From an uncultured Gammaproteobacteria bacterium (GTDB taxonomy: Bacteria > Patescibacteriota > Microgenomatia > UBA8517): a stretch of DNA of 64,000 nucleotides. The notes under the pieces were generated by a model that worked only from the letters and a program-made list of their open reading frames with translations, was not told the DNA's origin and searched no databases. A program made the position numbers and the translations under genes. Shown here piece by piece: positions 35,568-45,076 of this stretch (its first letter is position 1; the number at the start of each line of letters is the position of its first letter). The stretch lies in contig CAZBTH010000003.1 of NCBI GenBank assembly GCA_964494885.1, positions 5,983 to 69,982 on the forward strand. The letters run 5' to 3'.

Positions 35568-38126
35568 TCAACCTATTACAAAATTAATTACCTTGCCGGA
35601 TATAAAAATTGTCTTTTTAATGGTTTGCCCTTCCAACCACTTGGCCACATTAGCGTCAGATTTGGCCAATTTGGTTACCTCAGATTCTTGCTTCGAGATT
35701 CCAGATTCCAGCTTCAAAGTAGCCCTTAACTTGCCATTGACTTGAACCACAACCGTGACCTTATTCTGAACAATAAGTTTAGGGTCGTAGGAAGGCCAAG
35801 GAGCCTTGTGAATGCTAAAAGGCATACCTAAGACCTCTACCCATATTTCCTCCATCATATGAGGCGCAAAAGGGGCCAGGAGGAGGGCCAAAGCACTTAA
35901 GACCTCAGAAGTCTGATGACTGATATTTGATGTCTGAATCGAAGTTTGATTTTCGATCTTCGTTTTTCCGACTTCGTTTCTGATTTCAGACTTCTGACTT
36001 CCGGCTTCTGTTAGTGTATTCACCAGTTCCATAAGAGATGAAATTGCCGTATTGAATTTATAGTTTTCAATATCCTCCCCCACTTTTTTGATAGTTTGGT
36101 GGAGCTTTGATAAAACTTCACTGTTGACTGCTGATTGTTGACTGCTGATTGTTGACTGTTGGAACAGACGCCAAACACGTCCCAAAAATCTGGCTATTCC
36201 TTCAACTCCTGTTATACTCCACGGTTTCATTACGTCAAACGGTCCCATAAACATTTCATAAACACGAAGCGTATCAGCTCCAAATTTGGGAATAATATCG
36301 TCAGGTGTAATCACATTTCCCCATCTTTTGCTCATTTTGCGGGAATCAGGTCCAAGTATCCAACCAGGAGCACGGAGCTTTAAAAATGGCTCGTCTCCCA
36401 CAGATTTATCGATTAGACCTTGGTCAAATAAGAACTTCCAGAAAAATCTGGCAAAAAGTAAATGTTGGACAACATGTCCCCCGCCAACGTAGTCGTCAAC
36501 AGGAATAATATTTTCTTTTGAAGCAAACTCTTTAATATTCTTTGGATCGCAAAATCTCATAAAATACCAAGAGGAGTCAACATATGTATCCATTGTATCA
36601 ACCTCTCGTTTGGCCGGCTTTCCACAAATAGGACAGACTACATCTTTCTGGAAAGTTTTAGATCTGGCAATCGGACTTTCACCATGTGGTTGGAAATCGA
36701 CATCGGTAGGAAGAACAACTGGTAGATTTTTTTCTTCTACGGGAAACCAGCCAGCCATACCTTTAAAGGATGATCCTTTAAAGGTGTCGGATGCACAATG
36801 CTCGCAATAGATCATGGGGATAGGACAACCCCAATATCTTTGGCGGGAAATTAACCAATCACGGATATGGTAAGAGACCGTTCTCTTGCCAATTCCTTTA
36901 TCCTCAAACCAGTCCATAGTCTTTTGCAATCCCTCTTCGAAACTCAAGCCGTTTAGAAATTCAGAATTGATAAATTTTCCTTCCATCCCATGTTCAATAA
37001 CCTGTTCTTTTGTTTCTATTTCTGAAGTATCGCCGTCTTTTCCTACAATGACCCTAACAATAGGAAGGTCGTATTTTTTGGCAAACTCAAAATCATTCAA
37101 GTCATGTCCCGGACAACCCTGAACAGCTCCTGTCCCCACACCGGCAACTACAAAATCAGAAACCCAAACCGGAACTTCTTTGTTGTTTATAGGATTAATT
37201 GCATACAAACCGGTAAACACCCCTGTTTTTGTCTTATTGGCCACATTTGTCACATTAGATGAATTAGAAAGATGCTCTTTGATGTATTTATCTACACTTT
37301 CTTGATTCTCTTTAGGGATCTTAAGTTGTTTTAATAGTTTGTGTTCTGGAGCTAAAACCAGAAAAGTCATGCCGAAATTTACAGGAGCAGTTGTAAAAAC
37401 TTCTATTTCCTCGTCGGAATCAACAACCTTATATCGAATATTTATCCCTTCTTTCCTCCCAATCCAATTAACCTGCTGTCTTTTAACTTCGTCTTCCCAA
37501 TCAATTTTTTCAAGACCCGAGATTAAACGGTCAGCATAGGCAGTGATTTTAAAGAACCACTGATCCATATCTTTTTGTATTACTTCTGTATCACACCGTT
37601 CACATTTACCCTCAACCACTTGTTCATTGGCCAAAACTGTTTCATCTTTAGGACACCAATTGACAGGAGACTTCTTTTTGTAAGCCAAACCAGCTTTGAA
37701 AAGCTGAATAAATATCCACTGAGTCCATTTATAAAATTCGGGAGAACTTGTGTCAATTTCCTTATCCCAATCATAAGACATGCCGCTTATTTCCAATTGG
37801 CGTTTGAATGTTTTTATATTCTCGTGAGTGGATTTATCAGGGTGAATCCCGGTTTTAATAGCATAATTTTCCGCGGGAAGGCCAAATGCATCCCACCCCA
37901 TCGGATGAAGAACGGAATGACCCCTCATCCTAAAATATCGGGACAGGATATCTGTGCCAACATAGCCCTCAAGATGACCAACATGCATCGAGGCGCCGGA
38001 AGGATAAGGGAACATGTCCAAGATATACTTTTTCTTTTTTCCGGCTTCCGGAGTTTTGTAAACACCCTCCTTCTCCCATTTTTTTTGCCATTTTGGTTCG
38101 ACAACTGAATGGTCGTATTTATCCAT
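35568..38126 (-). CDS. leuS: Leucine--tRNA ligase
   Basis: MFPYPSG, HVGH, GWDAFGLPAEN, SRQRYWG, KMSKR and VQVNGK motifs. Confidence 0.98.
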   Translation of the reverse strand: MDKYDHSVVEPKWQKKWEKEGVYKTPEAGKKKKYILDMFPYPSGASMHVGHLEGYVGTDILSRYFRMRGHSVLHPMGWDAFGLPAENYAIKTGIHPDKSTHENIKTFKRQLEISGMSYDWDKEIDTSSPEFYKWTQWIFIQLFKAGLAYKKKSPVNWCPKDETVLANEQVVEGKCERCDTEVIQKDMDQWFFKITAYADRLISGLEKIDWEDEVKRQQVNWIGRKEGINIRYKVVDSDEEIEVFTTAPVNFGMTFLVLAPEHKLLKQLKIPKENQESVDKYIKEHLSNSSNVTNVANKTKTGVFTGLYAINPINNKEVPVWVSDFVVAGVGTGAVQGCPGHDLNDFEFAKKYDLPIVRVIVGKDGDTSEIETKEQVIEHGMEGKFINSEFLNGLSFEEGLQKTMDWFEDKGIGKRTVSYHIRDWLISRQRYWGCPIPMIYCEHCASDTFKGSSFKGMAGWFPVEEKNLPVVLPTDVDFQPHGESPIARSKTFQKDVVCPICGKPAKREVDTMDTYVDSSWYFMRFCDPKNIKEFASKENIIPVDDYVGGGHVVQHLLFARFFWKFLFDQGLIDKSVGDEPFLKLRAPGWILGPDSRKMSKRWGNVITPDDIIPKFGADTLRVYEMFMGPFDVMKPWSITGVEGIARFLGRVWRLFQQSTISSQQSAVNSEVLSKLHQTIKKVGEDIENYKFNTAISSLMELVNTLTEAGSQKSEIRNEVGKTKIENQTSIQTSNISHQTSEVLSALALLLAPFAPHMMEEIWVEVLGMPFSIHKAPWPSYDPKLIVQNKVTVVVQVNGKLRATLKLESGISKQESEVTKLAKSDANVAKWLEGQTIKKTIFISGKVINFVIG
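35905..36005. repeat. In-frame heptamer hairpin insertion in leuS
   Basis: Perfect 12-bp inverted repeat tcagaagtctga (35905-35916) / tcagacttctga (35986-35997). Confidence 0.85.
36119..36161. repeat. In-frame heptamer array in leuS (QQSTISSQQSAVNS)
   Basis: ctgttgactgctgattgttgactgctgattgttgactgttg. Confidence 0.85.
36759..36785. repeat. REP-type palindrome in frame in leuS (TFKGSSFKG)
   Basis: acctttaaaggatgatcctttaaaggt. Confidence 0.85.
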
Positions 38127-38127
38127 A

Positions 38128-38577
38128 TTATTTCCAAAGTGAAAACCTCTTAGTTAAAGGGTCTATATCACTTTTTGCTCCAAACGCGCAAACACCATAA
38201 TATTCCAAATTTTCCTCAAGCGTGTTTTTGGTACGTTCTTTTTGTTCCTCAAACGTTCCCACGGTCATTGTATCTGTAAAATCTACAAAATGAACGCCAG
38301 AGTCCATTAAATTTTTCCTAAAAGTGCGGATTTGATTCGAGTTGTCTGCCGAAAGGATTATAAATCCATGATCAGAAATACTGCTGTGACGCCCATCATT
38401 TTTATCAATATGTGTATCAAACCTCATCTCTGAGATATTTGGATAACTAGCAGATAGGCCCGCTGACATATGCGCCAAGGCATTCATTAGTTTCCCGACA
38501 GAAATTTTTTTATTCAAAACGGCTACAAATTTGTTTTTTAGTTCTCCTGTTTCCATATTTTTATTTCTATATTGCAA
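38128..38577 (-). CDS. DUF2000 family protein (PTH2-like fold)
   Basis: KFVAVLN...GKLMNALAH...DF...EYYGVCAFG...LTKRFSLW; ends 1 nt before the leuS start. Confidence 0.8.
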   Translation of the reverse strand: MQYRNKNMETGELKNKFVAVLNKKISVGKLMNALAHMSAGLSASYPNISEMRFDTHIDKNDGRHSSISDHGFIILSADNSNQIRTFRKNLMDSGVHFVDFTDTMTVGTFEEQKERTKNTLEENLEYYGVCAFGAKSDIDPLTKRFSLWK

Positions 38578-38631
38578 TATTTAACCATATTCTACCGCTG
38601 CAGTCGATAGTTTATGGATACAAAAAAGGGT

Positions 38632-38835
38632 CTAACAACCAAATCCTACCTCAAAGGTTGTGGGCGTTCGCTCCTTTGAACAACCTTGGTTTACAGATAG
38701 CGACTTATCAACACAGGCCTCCGGCGATCCGTTTCCCTGAGCCTCAGTTGCTATTTTTGCTTCTCCGGCCTCACGAATTGCCGATGTTGATTGCTCTTTC
38801 TGACCCTCTCCAGTCATAACTGCAATAATAGGCAT
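38632..38835 (-). CDS. Small hypothetical protein (67 aa)
   Basis: Strong SD AAAGGGGGTGA before the ATG; three Cys, ends GFGC. Confidence 0.6.
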   Translation of the reverse strand: MPIIAVMTGEGQKEQSTSAIREAGEAKIATEAQGNGSPEACVDKSLSVNQGCSKERTPTTFEVGFGC

Positions 38836-38859
38836 ATATTTTCACCCCCTTTCTACAAA

Positions 38860-38888
38860 CAAAAAACCTCCCGTGTTAGAGAGGTTTT
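38860..38888 (-). terminator. Attenuator terminator of the leuS leader
   Basis: AAAACCUCUC / GGGAGGUUUU stem with a U-run. Confidence 0.85.
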
Positions 38889-38908
38889 AAAAAAATATTT
38901 ATCACTCT

Positions 38909-38974
38909 CTAACCACAAGAAAGCTCTCCGAGAAGGAGGGCTTTAATGCTTAAGAGAACTGTAAATATTTTCAT
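38909..38974 (-). promoter_or_regulatory. Leu-rich leader peptide (21 aa) of a transcription attenuator
   Basis: MKIFTVLLSIKALLLGELSCG; the stop codon lies in GUUAGAGAG, complementary to CUCUCUAAC in the terminator. Confidence 0.8.
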
Positions 38975-39045
38975 TGAGTTTTGAGTATATACCCAAACAA
39001 TCTAGGTTTGCAAATTTCAGTACTTGTCATATACTTTTAGAAGAT

Positions 39046-39726
39046 ATGCAATTTGTTTCACCTGTTTTGGCCGTCATCACTGTTGTCCTTGCTTTTGTAA
39101 TCTCGGTCAGTCCGCTTTCGAGCTACGGCCTGCAAATTACGGCTTTAATGATTGTCATTTACATCGGAACTTCATTTCTGATAAGAAAAGGTGCTCTCCC
39201 CGGAAGTATTAAGGTCACAATGGATGTTATTATCTTTTCCCTTTCTGTTTCTCTTTTACTTTTTACCACAGGAGGATTTAATTCGCCGGTTTTCTTTTTA
39301 AGTTATTTTTTGCTTTTTGGGGTTTCGCTTTTTTCCTCCCCAATTACCGCAACGGCAATTACAATAACCTTCGCCCTGCTTTTTGTTGTCTCACCCAAAC
39401 AGGATTTCTGGATCGATCTACTCCAAATCGGATCATTATTGGCCATTGCGCCCTTGTCCGTCCTCTTTGGAAAACAGTATCTAAAAGTGCTGGAGGATAA
39501 AAAGATGATTACAGGGCTTTCCCAGAAAATTCAAAAGAATAAAGTTGATGTAGAGGCTTGGACCGAGGGAGATTTTAGAAGACGGGTACTCCGAATTCAG
39601 GATTATCTGCAAAAGCTTCTTAACGACCCCGGAGTCGAAACCGACAAAAAGGAAAGAATCAAGTCTTTGTACAGACAGATTTATGACTTATTTTTGAGCG
39701 GAAGAACGATGGAGAAAAATGTTTAA
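39046..39726 (+). CDS. Multi-pass membrane protein with C-terminal helical domain
   Basis: About six TMs with a TGGFNSPVFFL motif seen in sensor-like membrane domains. Confidence 0.8.
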   Translation: MQFVSPVLAVITVVLAFVISVSPLSSYGLQITALMIVIYIGTSFLIRKGALPGSIKVTMDVIIFSLSVSLLLFTTGGFNSPVFFLSYFLLFGVSLFSSPITATAITITFALLFVVSPKQDFWIDLLQIGSLLAIAPLSVLFGKQYLKVLEDKKMITGLSQKIQKNKVDVEAWTEGDFRRRVLRIQDYLQKLLNDPGVETDKKERIKSLYRQIYDLFLSGRTMEKNV

Positions 39727-39730
39727 TGAT

Positions 39731-40465
39731 ATGTTGAAGTTTGTCCTCATTTTTTTTGTGTTCTCTCTATTCTCTATTCTCTATTCGCTCTTCGCTGTAC
39801 CCGTGCTCGGCCAAGCTGAAATTACATCCCCGAATTATATTATTCAGATGCCAAATTTAAATTCCGGTGCCGGACTCCCCACATCCAGTAATTACAAGGT
39901 CAGTTCAACAATAGGTCAAACTGCCCCAGGGCTATTTTCTTCCGCAGGCTATCGCGTTAAATCGGGATTCCAATACATCTATTCAATAATTCCATTCTCT
40001 TTTACGGTTTCCTCGACTTCGATTAATTTCGGAAGCTTGATTGCCCAAACCCCGTCTACAGCCACAAACACATTAACTGTGAGTAGTGGTGGCGCTGGTG
40101 GATATCAAGTTAAAGCTTCAGAAAATAATCCCCTAAAAATTGGCAGTACTGGAACCACAATCCCTGACACAAACTGTGACATCTCCTGCAGTGAGACCAC
40201 GGCCGGAGTCTGGACTTCGTCTTCCAGGTACGGTTTTGGGTTTAACATGTCCGGAGACGATATTCCGGCTGATTTTACCAACTCAACTTACTACCGTCAG
40301 TTTGCTAATAGAGATGGAGCCGAAAGCCCCCAAATTGTGATGTCGTCGATTTATGTAGGAACAGGCAGACAGTCAACGGTAGCGTACAAAGTAAATATTT
40401 CCGGTATTCAACCGGCGGGTGTTTACAATAATATGATTACATATACAGCTATACCAAGCTACTAA
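39731..40465 (+). CDS. Secreted WxL-like surface protein
   Basis: Signal peptide, Ser/Thr-rich beta content, C-terminal QPAGVYNNMITYTA. Confidence 0.75.
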   Translation: MLKFVLIFFVFSLFSILYSLFAVPVLGQAEITSPNYIIQMPNLNSGAGLPTSSNYKVSSTIGQTAPGLFSSAGYRVKSGFQYIYSIIPFSFTVSSTSINFGSLIAQTPSTATNTLTVSSGGAGGYQVKASENNPLKIGSTGTTIPDTNCDISCSETTAGVWTSSSRYGFGFNMSGDDIPADFTNSTYYRQFANRDGAESPQIVMSSIYVGTGRQSTVAYKVNISGIQPAGVYNNMITYTAIPSY

Positions 40466-40466
40466 T

Positions 40467-41435
40467 ATGCAAATCTACAAATCTACAAATCTACAAATTA
40501 CAAATAAATTAATTAATTCCAAATTTCAAATATTTATTTGCTTATTTGCTTATTTGCTTATTTGCTTATTTATTGTGCCTAGCCTGGCCTACGGCCAGGA
40601 GGTTTCCCTTTCCATTTCCCCTCCTTTAACGGAAATTGCGATTCAGCCCGGTAAGGATATTAGTCAAACGATTACTGTTAAAAATGATGGTGTTCCGGTA
40701 GTTGTTGTCGCCAAAATGATGCCGTTTGTACCCCTTGATACAAACGGACATGTAGAATTAATCGAGGATCAAACTTCTATTGACGCTTTCTCTTCCTGGT
40801 TTTACTTTGACGAACGCCCCACTCCGCTCGGAGTAAACGGGATTCACCAATACATTATAAAAATTTCTCCCCCGAAATCGGCAGAACTTAGAGACTATTA
40901 CTTTACTTTTGTAGTAGAAGTGCAAAACAATAATAATTTGGAAGTCGGAGTAAATAATACTCAATCCCAAGCAAGAATTGGGGCAAACATATTATTAACC
41001 GCAACCAATGACGGCAACCCGCAAAAAAATGTCTCGATCGTTAAATTTACGGCGCCACGCGTTATCGATTCATTCTCCGGTTTTACCTACCAGGTACTTC
41101 TGGGTAATTCCGGATCAGGGTTCTTTAAACCGGTCGGCAGGATTACAGTCGACCAGATTTTTGGCACGACCACAACATTCAACCTAGCTCCTCTTAACGT
41201 CCTTGTGGGAAGCGAGCGGGAAATTGGTTGCCTTGATGGGCAAGAAATAATTCCTTGTAAACTCCCCGGAAAGTTTTTAATCGGTATTTATAGGGCCAAC
41301 TTAAGTTTTACTGTTGACGGGGTAGGAGAAAGTCACGAAAAACAAATTTACACAGTGGCATTTCCGTTTACTATCCTTTTGGGGCTTGCAACTATAGTGA
41401 TCACTTACGGCATAATAAGAAGACTAAATCCTTAA
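40467..41435 (+). CDS. Ig-like surface protein with C-terminal TM (DUF916/DUF3324-like layout)
   Basis: Signal peptide, LSISPP...IQPG, N.G...KPVG and a C-terminal anchor. Confidence 0.75.
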   Translation: MQIYKSTNLQITNKLINSKFQIFICLFAYLLICLFIVPSLAYGQEVSLSISPPLTEIAIQPGKDISQTITVKNDGVPVVVVAKMMPFVPLDTNGHVELIEDQTSIDAFSSWFYFDERPTPLGVNGIHQYIIKISPPKSAELRDYYFTFVVEVQNNNNLEVGVNNTQSQARIGANILLTATNDGNPQKNVSIVKFTAPRVIDSFSGFTYQVLLGNSGSGFFKPVGRITVDQIFGTTTTFNLAPLNVLVGSEREIGCLDGQEIIPCKLPGKFLIGIYRANLSFTVDGVGESHEKQIYTVAFPFTILLGLATIVITYGIIRRLNP

Positions 41436-41498
41436 TAAATTCAATTTTTTTAATCATATTGTTGACAATAACATGCAGCAGTATGAGAATAATAATAT

Positions 41499-42998
41499 AT
41501 GAACATTAATAGACGGGTATTTGTTTTTTTACCTTTTATTTTTATTGCAACTTTTTTTGCTTCATCGGCCATATCAATTAATAGTGCATACGCCTCAACG
41601 ATGACTTCCGCTTCTGCTACAATGAGCAACTCCAGAATGTCATTTAAGGCGCCTATTAGTTCCGGTTCGGCCGGGAGTTCGCTAGTTACAATAAGTGGCG
41701 CAGTTCCCGATACAACAACAAATCATTTATTCCCCGGAGATGCTGTTTGTTTTACAGATGCAGGCAACAACGTTTGTAGAGATAACACAACATATACAAT
41801 AGCCAATGTACCATCAACAACCACTTTCAATGTAACTACACCGCTTACAACAGCGCTGACAGCAACAGACTATGCAGTTGCTTCGCAATCGGGAACTCTA
41901 ACAATTACAGCAACAACAGTTAACCAGGTTCCCATAGGTGGAAAACTTATCATCACCATTCCGGCTAACGATGGAAATTCTACAGCTAAAAATAATGATG
42001 GAATGCCTGATAGCGCGGCAAGTATTGCCTTAAACGGTTTTGATTTAAGTAGTTTTGCAGTTGCAAGAGCAACTGTAACGGGTGATTCCTGTACTGCCGC
42101 AAATTGGGGCACATCGGGGACCGCAACAGAGTTCACAACCGGCGGCGGCGGAACAACAGATACCACAATTTCCTGGACAAGAGCAACCTCCATATGTGCC
42201 GCAGGTAGTGTTCTTACAATTTCTATTACGGGAATTATCAACCCCGCTCCAATCACAGGACACACTCAAGGAACAGCTGATGTGTATGGCATAACGGTAA
42301 CAACCACAGACAGCTCATCAAATACAATCGATTCGGTTGTTCCAAGAGTTGCACCGGTTGAAGCAGTTCTTATTTCGGCTACAGTTGATGAAAGTTTGAC
42401 TCTTACCATCGCGGGGCTTACAGGAGGCGCTCAAACATATTGTGGTAGTCAGACTTATGTAACAAGTACCGCGACTTCAATTCCGTGGAGTACACAAACC
42501 GGTGGTGCCGGATTTAAATATTCAGCTCAGCAATTGACGGTCAGTACAAACGCCGCATCGGGTTACACTGTGACTCTTCAGGAAAATGATCAAATGGGTA
42601 AAAATGGAAACACTTGCACGGGCACAGCACCTTCTTCCGGAGAATTTACTTTTAGTGCAGGAACTTGCATCAGAGATACCGTTTGTACGGTTTCGGCTTG
42701 CAGTGAATCAACCGCCGGAGATTGGACAACTGCAACAAATTACGGTCTCGGTTATTCACTGGCTTCCCAAAGCGGATCCGATGCCCCCTTCTATTACAAT
42801 GAAAAGAACAGAACATACAGCGCTAAACAATTGGCGGATGTCACACAAGGCGGCGAAACGGCACAATCAATTATGAGCAACTCTGCTGCAGTGTCTGCAA
42901 GCAGTATTTATGTTTGCTATACTTTAAGCATTCCCGGTACACAGCCATCCGGTTATTATTACAATATAGCAAAGTACACAGCAACAGCAACCTTTTAA
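41499..42998 (+). CDS. Secreted Thr/Ser-rich surface protein with WxL-like C-terminus
   Basis: Signal peptide; C-terminal domain similar to 39731 (TVSTNAASGY...QPSGYYYNIAKYTATATF). Confidence 0.8.
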   Translation: MNINRRVFVFLPFIFIATFFASSAISINSAYASTMTSASATMSNSRMSFKAPISSGSAGSSLVTISGAVPDTTTNHLFPGDAVCFTDAGNNVCRDNTTYTIANVPSTTTFNVTTPLTTALTATDYAVASQSGTLTITATTVNQVPIGGKLIITIPANDGNSTAKNNDGMPDSAASIALNGFDLSSFAVARATVTGDSCTAANWGTSGTATEFTTGGGGTTDTTISWTRATSICAAGSVLTISITGIINPAPITGHTQGTADVYGITVTTTDSSSNTIDSVVPRVAPVEAVLISATVDESLTLTIAGLTGGAQTYCGSQTYVTSTATSIPWSTQTGGAGFKYSAQQLTVSTNAASGYTVTLQENDQMGKNGNTCTGTAPSSGEFTFSAGTCIRDTVCTVSACSESTAGDWTTATNYGLGYSLASQSGSDAPFYYNEKNRTYSAKQLADVTQGGETAQSIMSNSAAVSASSIYVCYTLSIPGTQPSGYYYNIAKYTATATF

Positions 42999-43021
42999 TT
43001 TAAATAAATAAATCTGCCCAA

Positions 43022-44107
43022 ATGAAAATCTACAAATCTACAAATCTACAAATAAGCAAATTCACACAAGTGATGGTTCTAGCATTTGTTTATTTGCTTA
43101 CTAGTTTATTTGCTTATTCCGTAGTCAAGGCTCAGGACATTCTTCCCCTTACCGTTGTTCCCCCTAAACAAGAAATATTGGTCAATCCGGGTGAAAAGTT
43201 TACCACTACTGTCAAATACCTTAATCAAAGTAGCTCCCCCGTAAACGGAACTGTTAGCGTTCTCGATTTTGTTGTGGAAGATAGTGTTGGGACTCCCGTA
43301 TTCTTAGATAACCCGACGGTGGTTGGCACAACGACAATATCAGCAAAATATTCAGCTGCAAAGTGGATCAGTTTCCCGACAGAAAACGTGACGATTGCAG
43401 GAGGTGCCAATATCGCCGTGCCGGTTACGATCAATGTTCCAAAAAATGCAGCCGCCGGGGGACGTTACGCAGCAATTTTGTTCCAACCCACTGTCAATCA
43501 AGCCGAAAATGGCCAGGAAGGAACGGCCATAACTCCTACTGCAATCAGATTAGCCTCTCTAATTTATATTAGGATTGCAGGACCAATCACGGAAAAAGCC
43601 CGCATCATCGATTTCCAGGCACCAAAGTTTTTGGAATATGGGCCGATCGGTATCTCAACAACAATTCTAAATGAAGGAAGTTACCACATTACTCCCAAGG
43701 GTAATGTCACATTGAGAGATATGTTTGGTCGAGTGATAAGCAATTCCCCATTGGATATAAAGAACATTTTTCCAGGCACCACCAGAGTTTATGACAACAA
43801 TATCGGATCAAGATTAATGCTTGGTAAATTTACAGCCACCCTAAACGCCACCTATGGTGAAAGGGAACAGCTTATTACATCTACCCTCGTTATCTGGTTA
43901 TTTCCATGGAAGGCTGCACTCGCGATCACTCTTGCAATCATCATCGTTATTCTCTTAATCAAAATGTGGTACAAGAGAGTTACCAAAAAGGAAGAAAGAT
44001 TGGCCGAAGAGCTCAAGGAGGAAACAAGCGAACTTGAGGCATTGAAAGCAAAGTTTAAAGATCAAATTAGCAATGACAAGCCGGAAGTCCAAAACCCCCA
44101 ACAGTGA
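43022..44107 (+). CDS. Ig-like surface protein with C-terminal TM, paralog of 40467
   Basis: LTVVPP...VNPG, VPKNAAAGGRYAAILF, NEGSYHITPKG, TM and coiled tail. Confidence 0.8.
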   Translation: MKIYKSTNLQISKFTQVMVLAFVYLLTSLFAYSVVKAQDILPLTVVPPKQEILVNPGEKFTTTVKYLNQSSSPVNGTVSVLDFVVEDSVGTPVFLDNPTVVGTTTISAKYSAAKWISFPTENVTIAGGANIAVPVTINVPKNAAAGGRYAAILFQPTVNQAENGQEGTAITPTAIRLASLIYIRIAGPITEKARIIDFQAPKFLEYGPIGISTTILNEGSYHITPKGNVTLRDMFGRVISNSPLDIKNIFPGTTRVYDNNIGSRLMLGKFTATLNATYGEREQLITSTLVIWLFPWKAALAITLAIIIVILLIKMWYKRVTKKEERLAEELKEETSELEALKAKFKDQISNDKPEVQNPQQ

Positions 44108-44125
44108 TAGCCTCGTGGGTTCCGA

Positions 44126-45043
44126 ATGAAAATTAAAAATTTTAAATTAAAAATTCGTCAGTCGATTATTATATTCCCCGCAATCATAGTCATTTTAACG
44201 CAGTTTGTTTTATTAAATGACGGTTTGTTCGTCTATGGGCAAACGTTACCGAATTATTCGATTACAGGGCCTTTGGTATCAATCTCCGCAAGTATCGGAT
44301 CTCCAATATTAAAACTTTGGGGATATGGCGCTCCCAATTCAAGAGTTGAACTTAGCGGTGATAAAGTCAGTGACTTTACATATACCAAAGTCGACGGTTA
44401 CTTTGAATTTTCAAAAACATATCTGCCACAAGCGACAGATATTTTCTACCCAGAGCTCTGCTTAACAGAGATTGACCAAACCGGGCGCGCTACCACTCCG
44501 ACCTGTATCCCCAGACTTCTCGCAACGAAAGATAGTTATAATATTGGTCCCGTGATTTTACCACCCACACTAAGTCTTACAGAAGGTGTTATTGACACCA
44601 CTGCGCAATCCGGAGCCAGCGGAATAACTATTCCAAACTCAGAAGTCAGGGTCGTTCTTGCCGAGGACAACAAAAACCTACGTCTCACAAATTTCAACCT
44701 CGTTAAGCCTGTGCTGGCCTATTACATTCCAAATTATACCATCAAATCGGATAGCCAGGGCCATTTCAGTTTTAATATGCCGGGAGTAAACCCTAATGGC
44801 TGGCGTGTCTTTGTTTTTACACACTATTCAGAAGAAGCCAGATCTCCAAAAAGTAATACTCTAAAGTTTGTGATAATTTCCCCTACCGTAAGCGCAATAG
44901 GAAATATCTGGACATTTATCCTTTCTTTGTTTACCCTACCATCACTTATCATTCTTGAAATTGTAGTAATTCTTTTGATCTTTGTGGGAGCCTTTCTGAA
45001 CCGAAGAGACAGAAAGAAAGTATCTCCGAATACTATTAAGTAG
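44126..45043 (+). CDS. Membrane-anchored Ig-like surface protein
   Basis: N- and C-terminal hydrophobic segments; two G.T/A.PNS.V...G.F.F modules. Confidence 0.75.
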   Translation: MKIKNFKLKIRQSIIIFPAIIVILTQFVLLNDGLFVYGQTLPNYSITGPLVSISASIGSPILKLWGYGAPNSRVELSGDKVSDFTYTKVDGYFEFSKTYLPQATDIFYPELCLTEIDQTGRATTPTCIPRLLATKDSYNIGPVILPPTLSLTEGVIDTTAQSGASGITIPNSEVRVVLAEDNKNLRLTNFNLVKPVLAYYIPNYTIKSDSQGHFSFNMPGVNPNGWRVFVFTHYSEEARSPKSNTLKFVIISPTVSAIGNIWTFILSLFTLPSLIILEIVVILLIFVGAFLNRRDRKKVSPNTIK

Positions 45044-45076
45044 ATCTAAGAATATCGAACCAGTGGATTATCATTG

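Noticed and set aside
38860-38974. T-box upstream of leuS
   Set aside because: No UGGNACC motif; a leader-peptide attenuator explains the structure.
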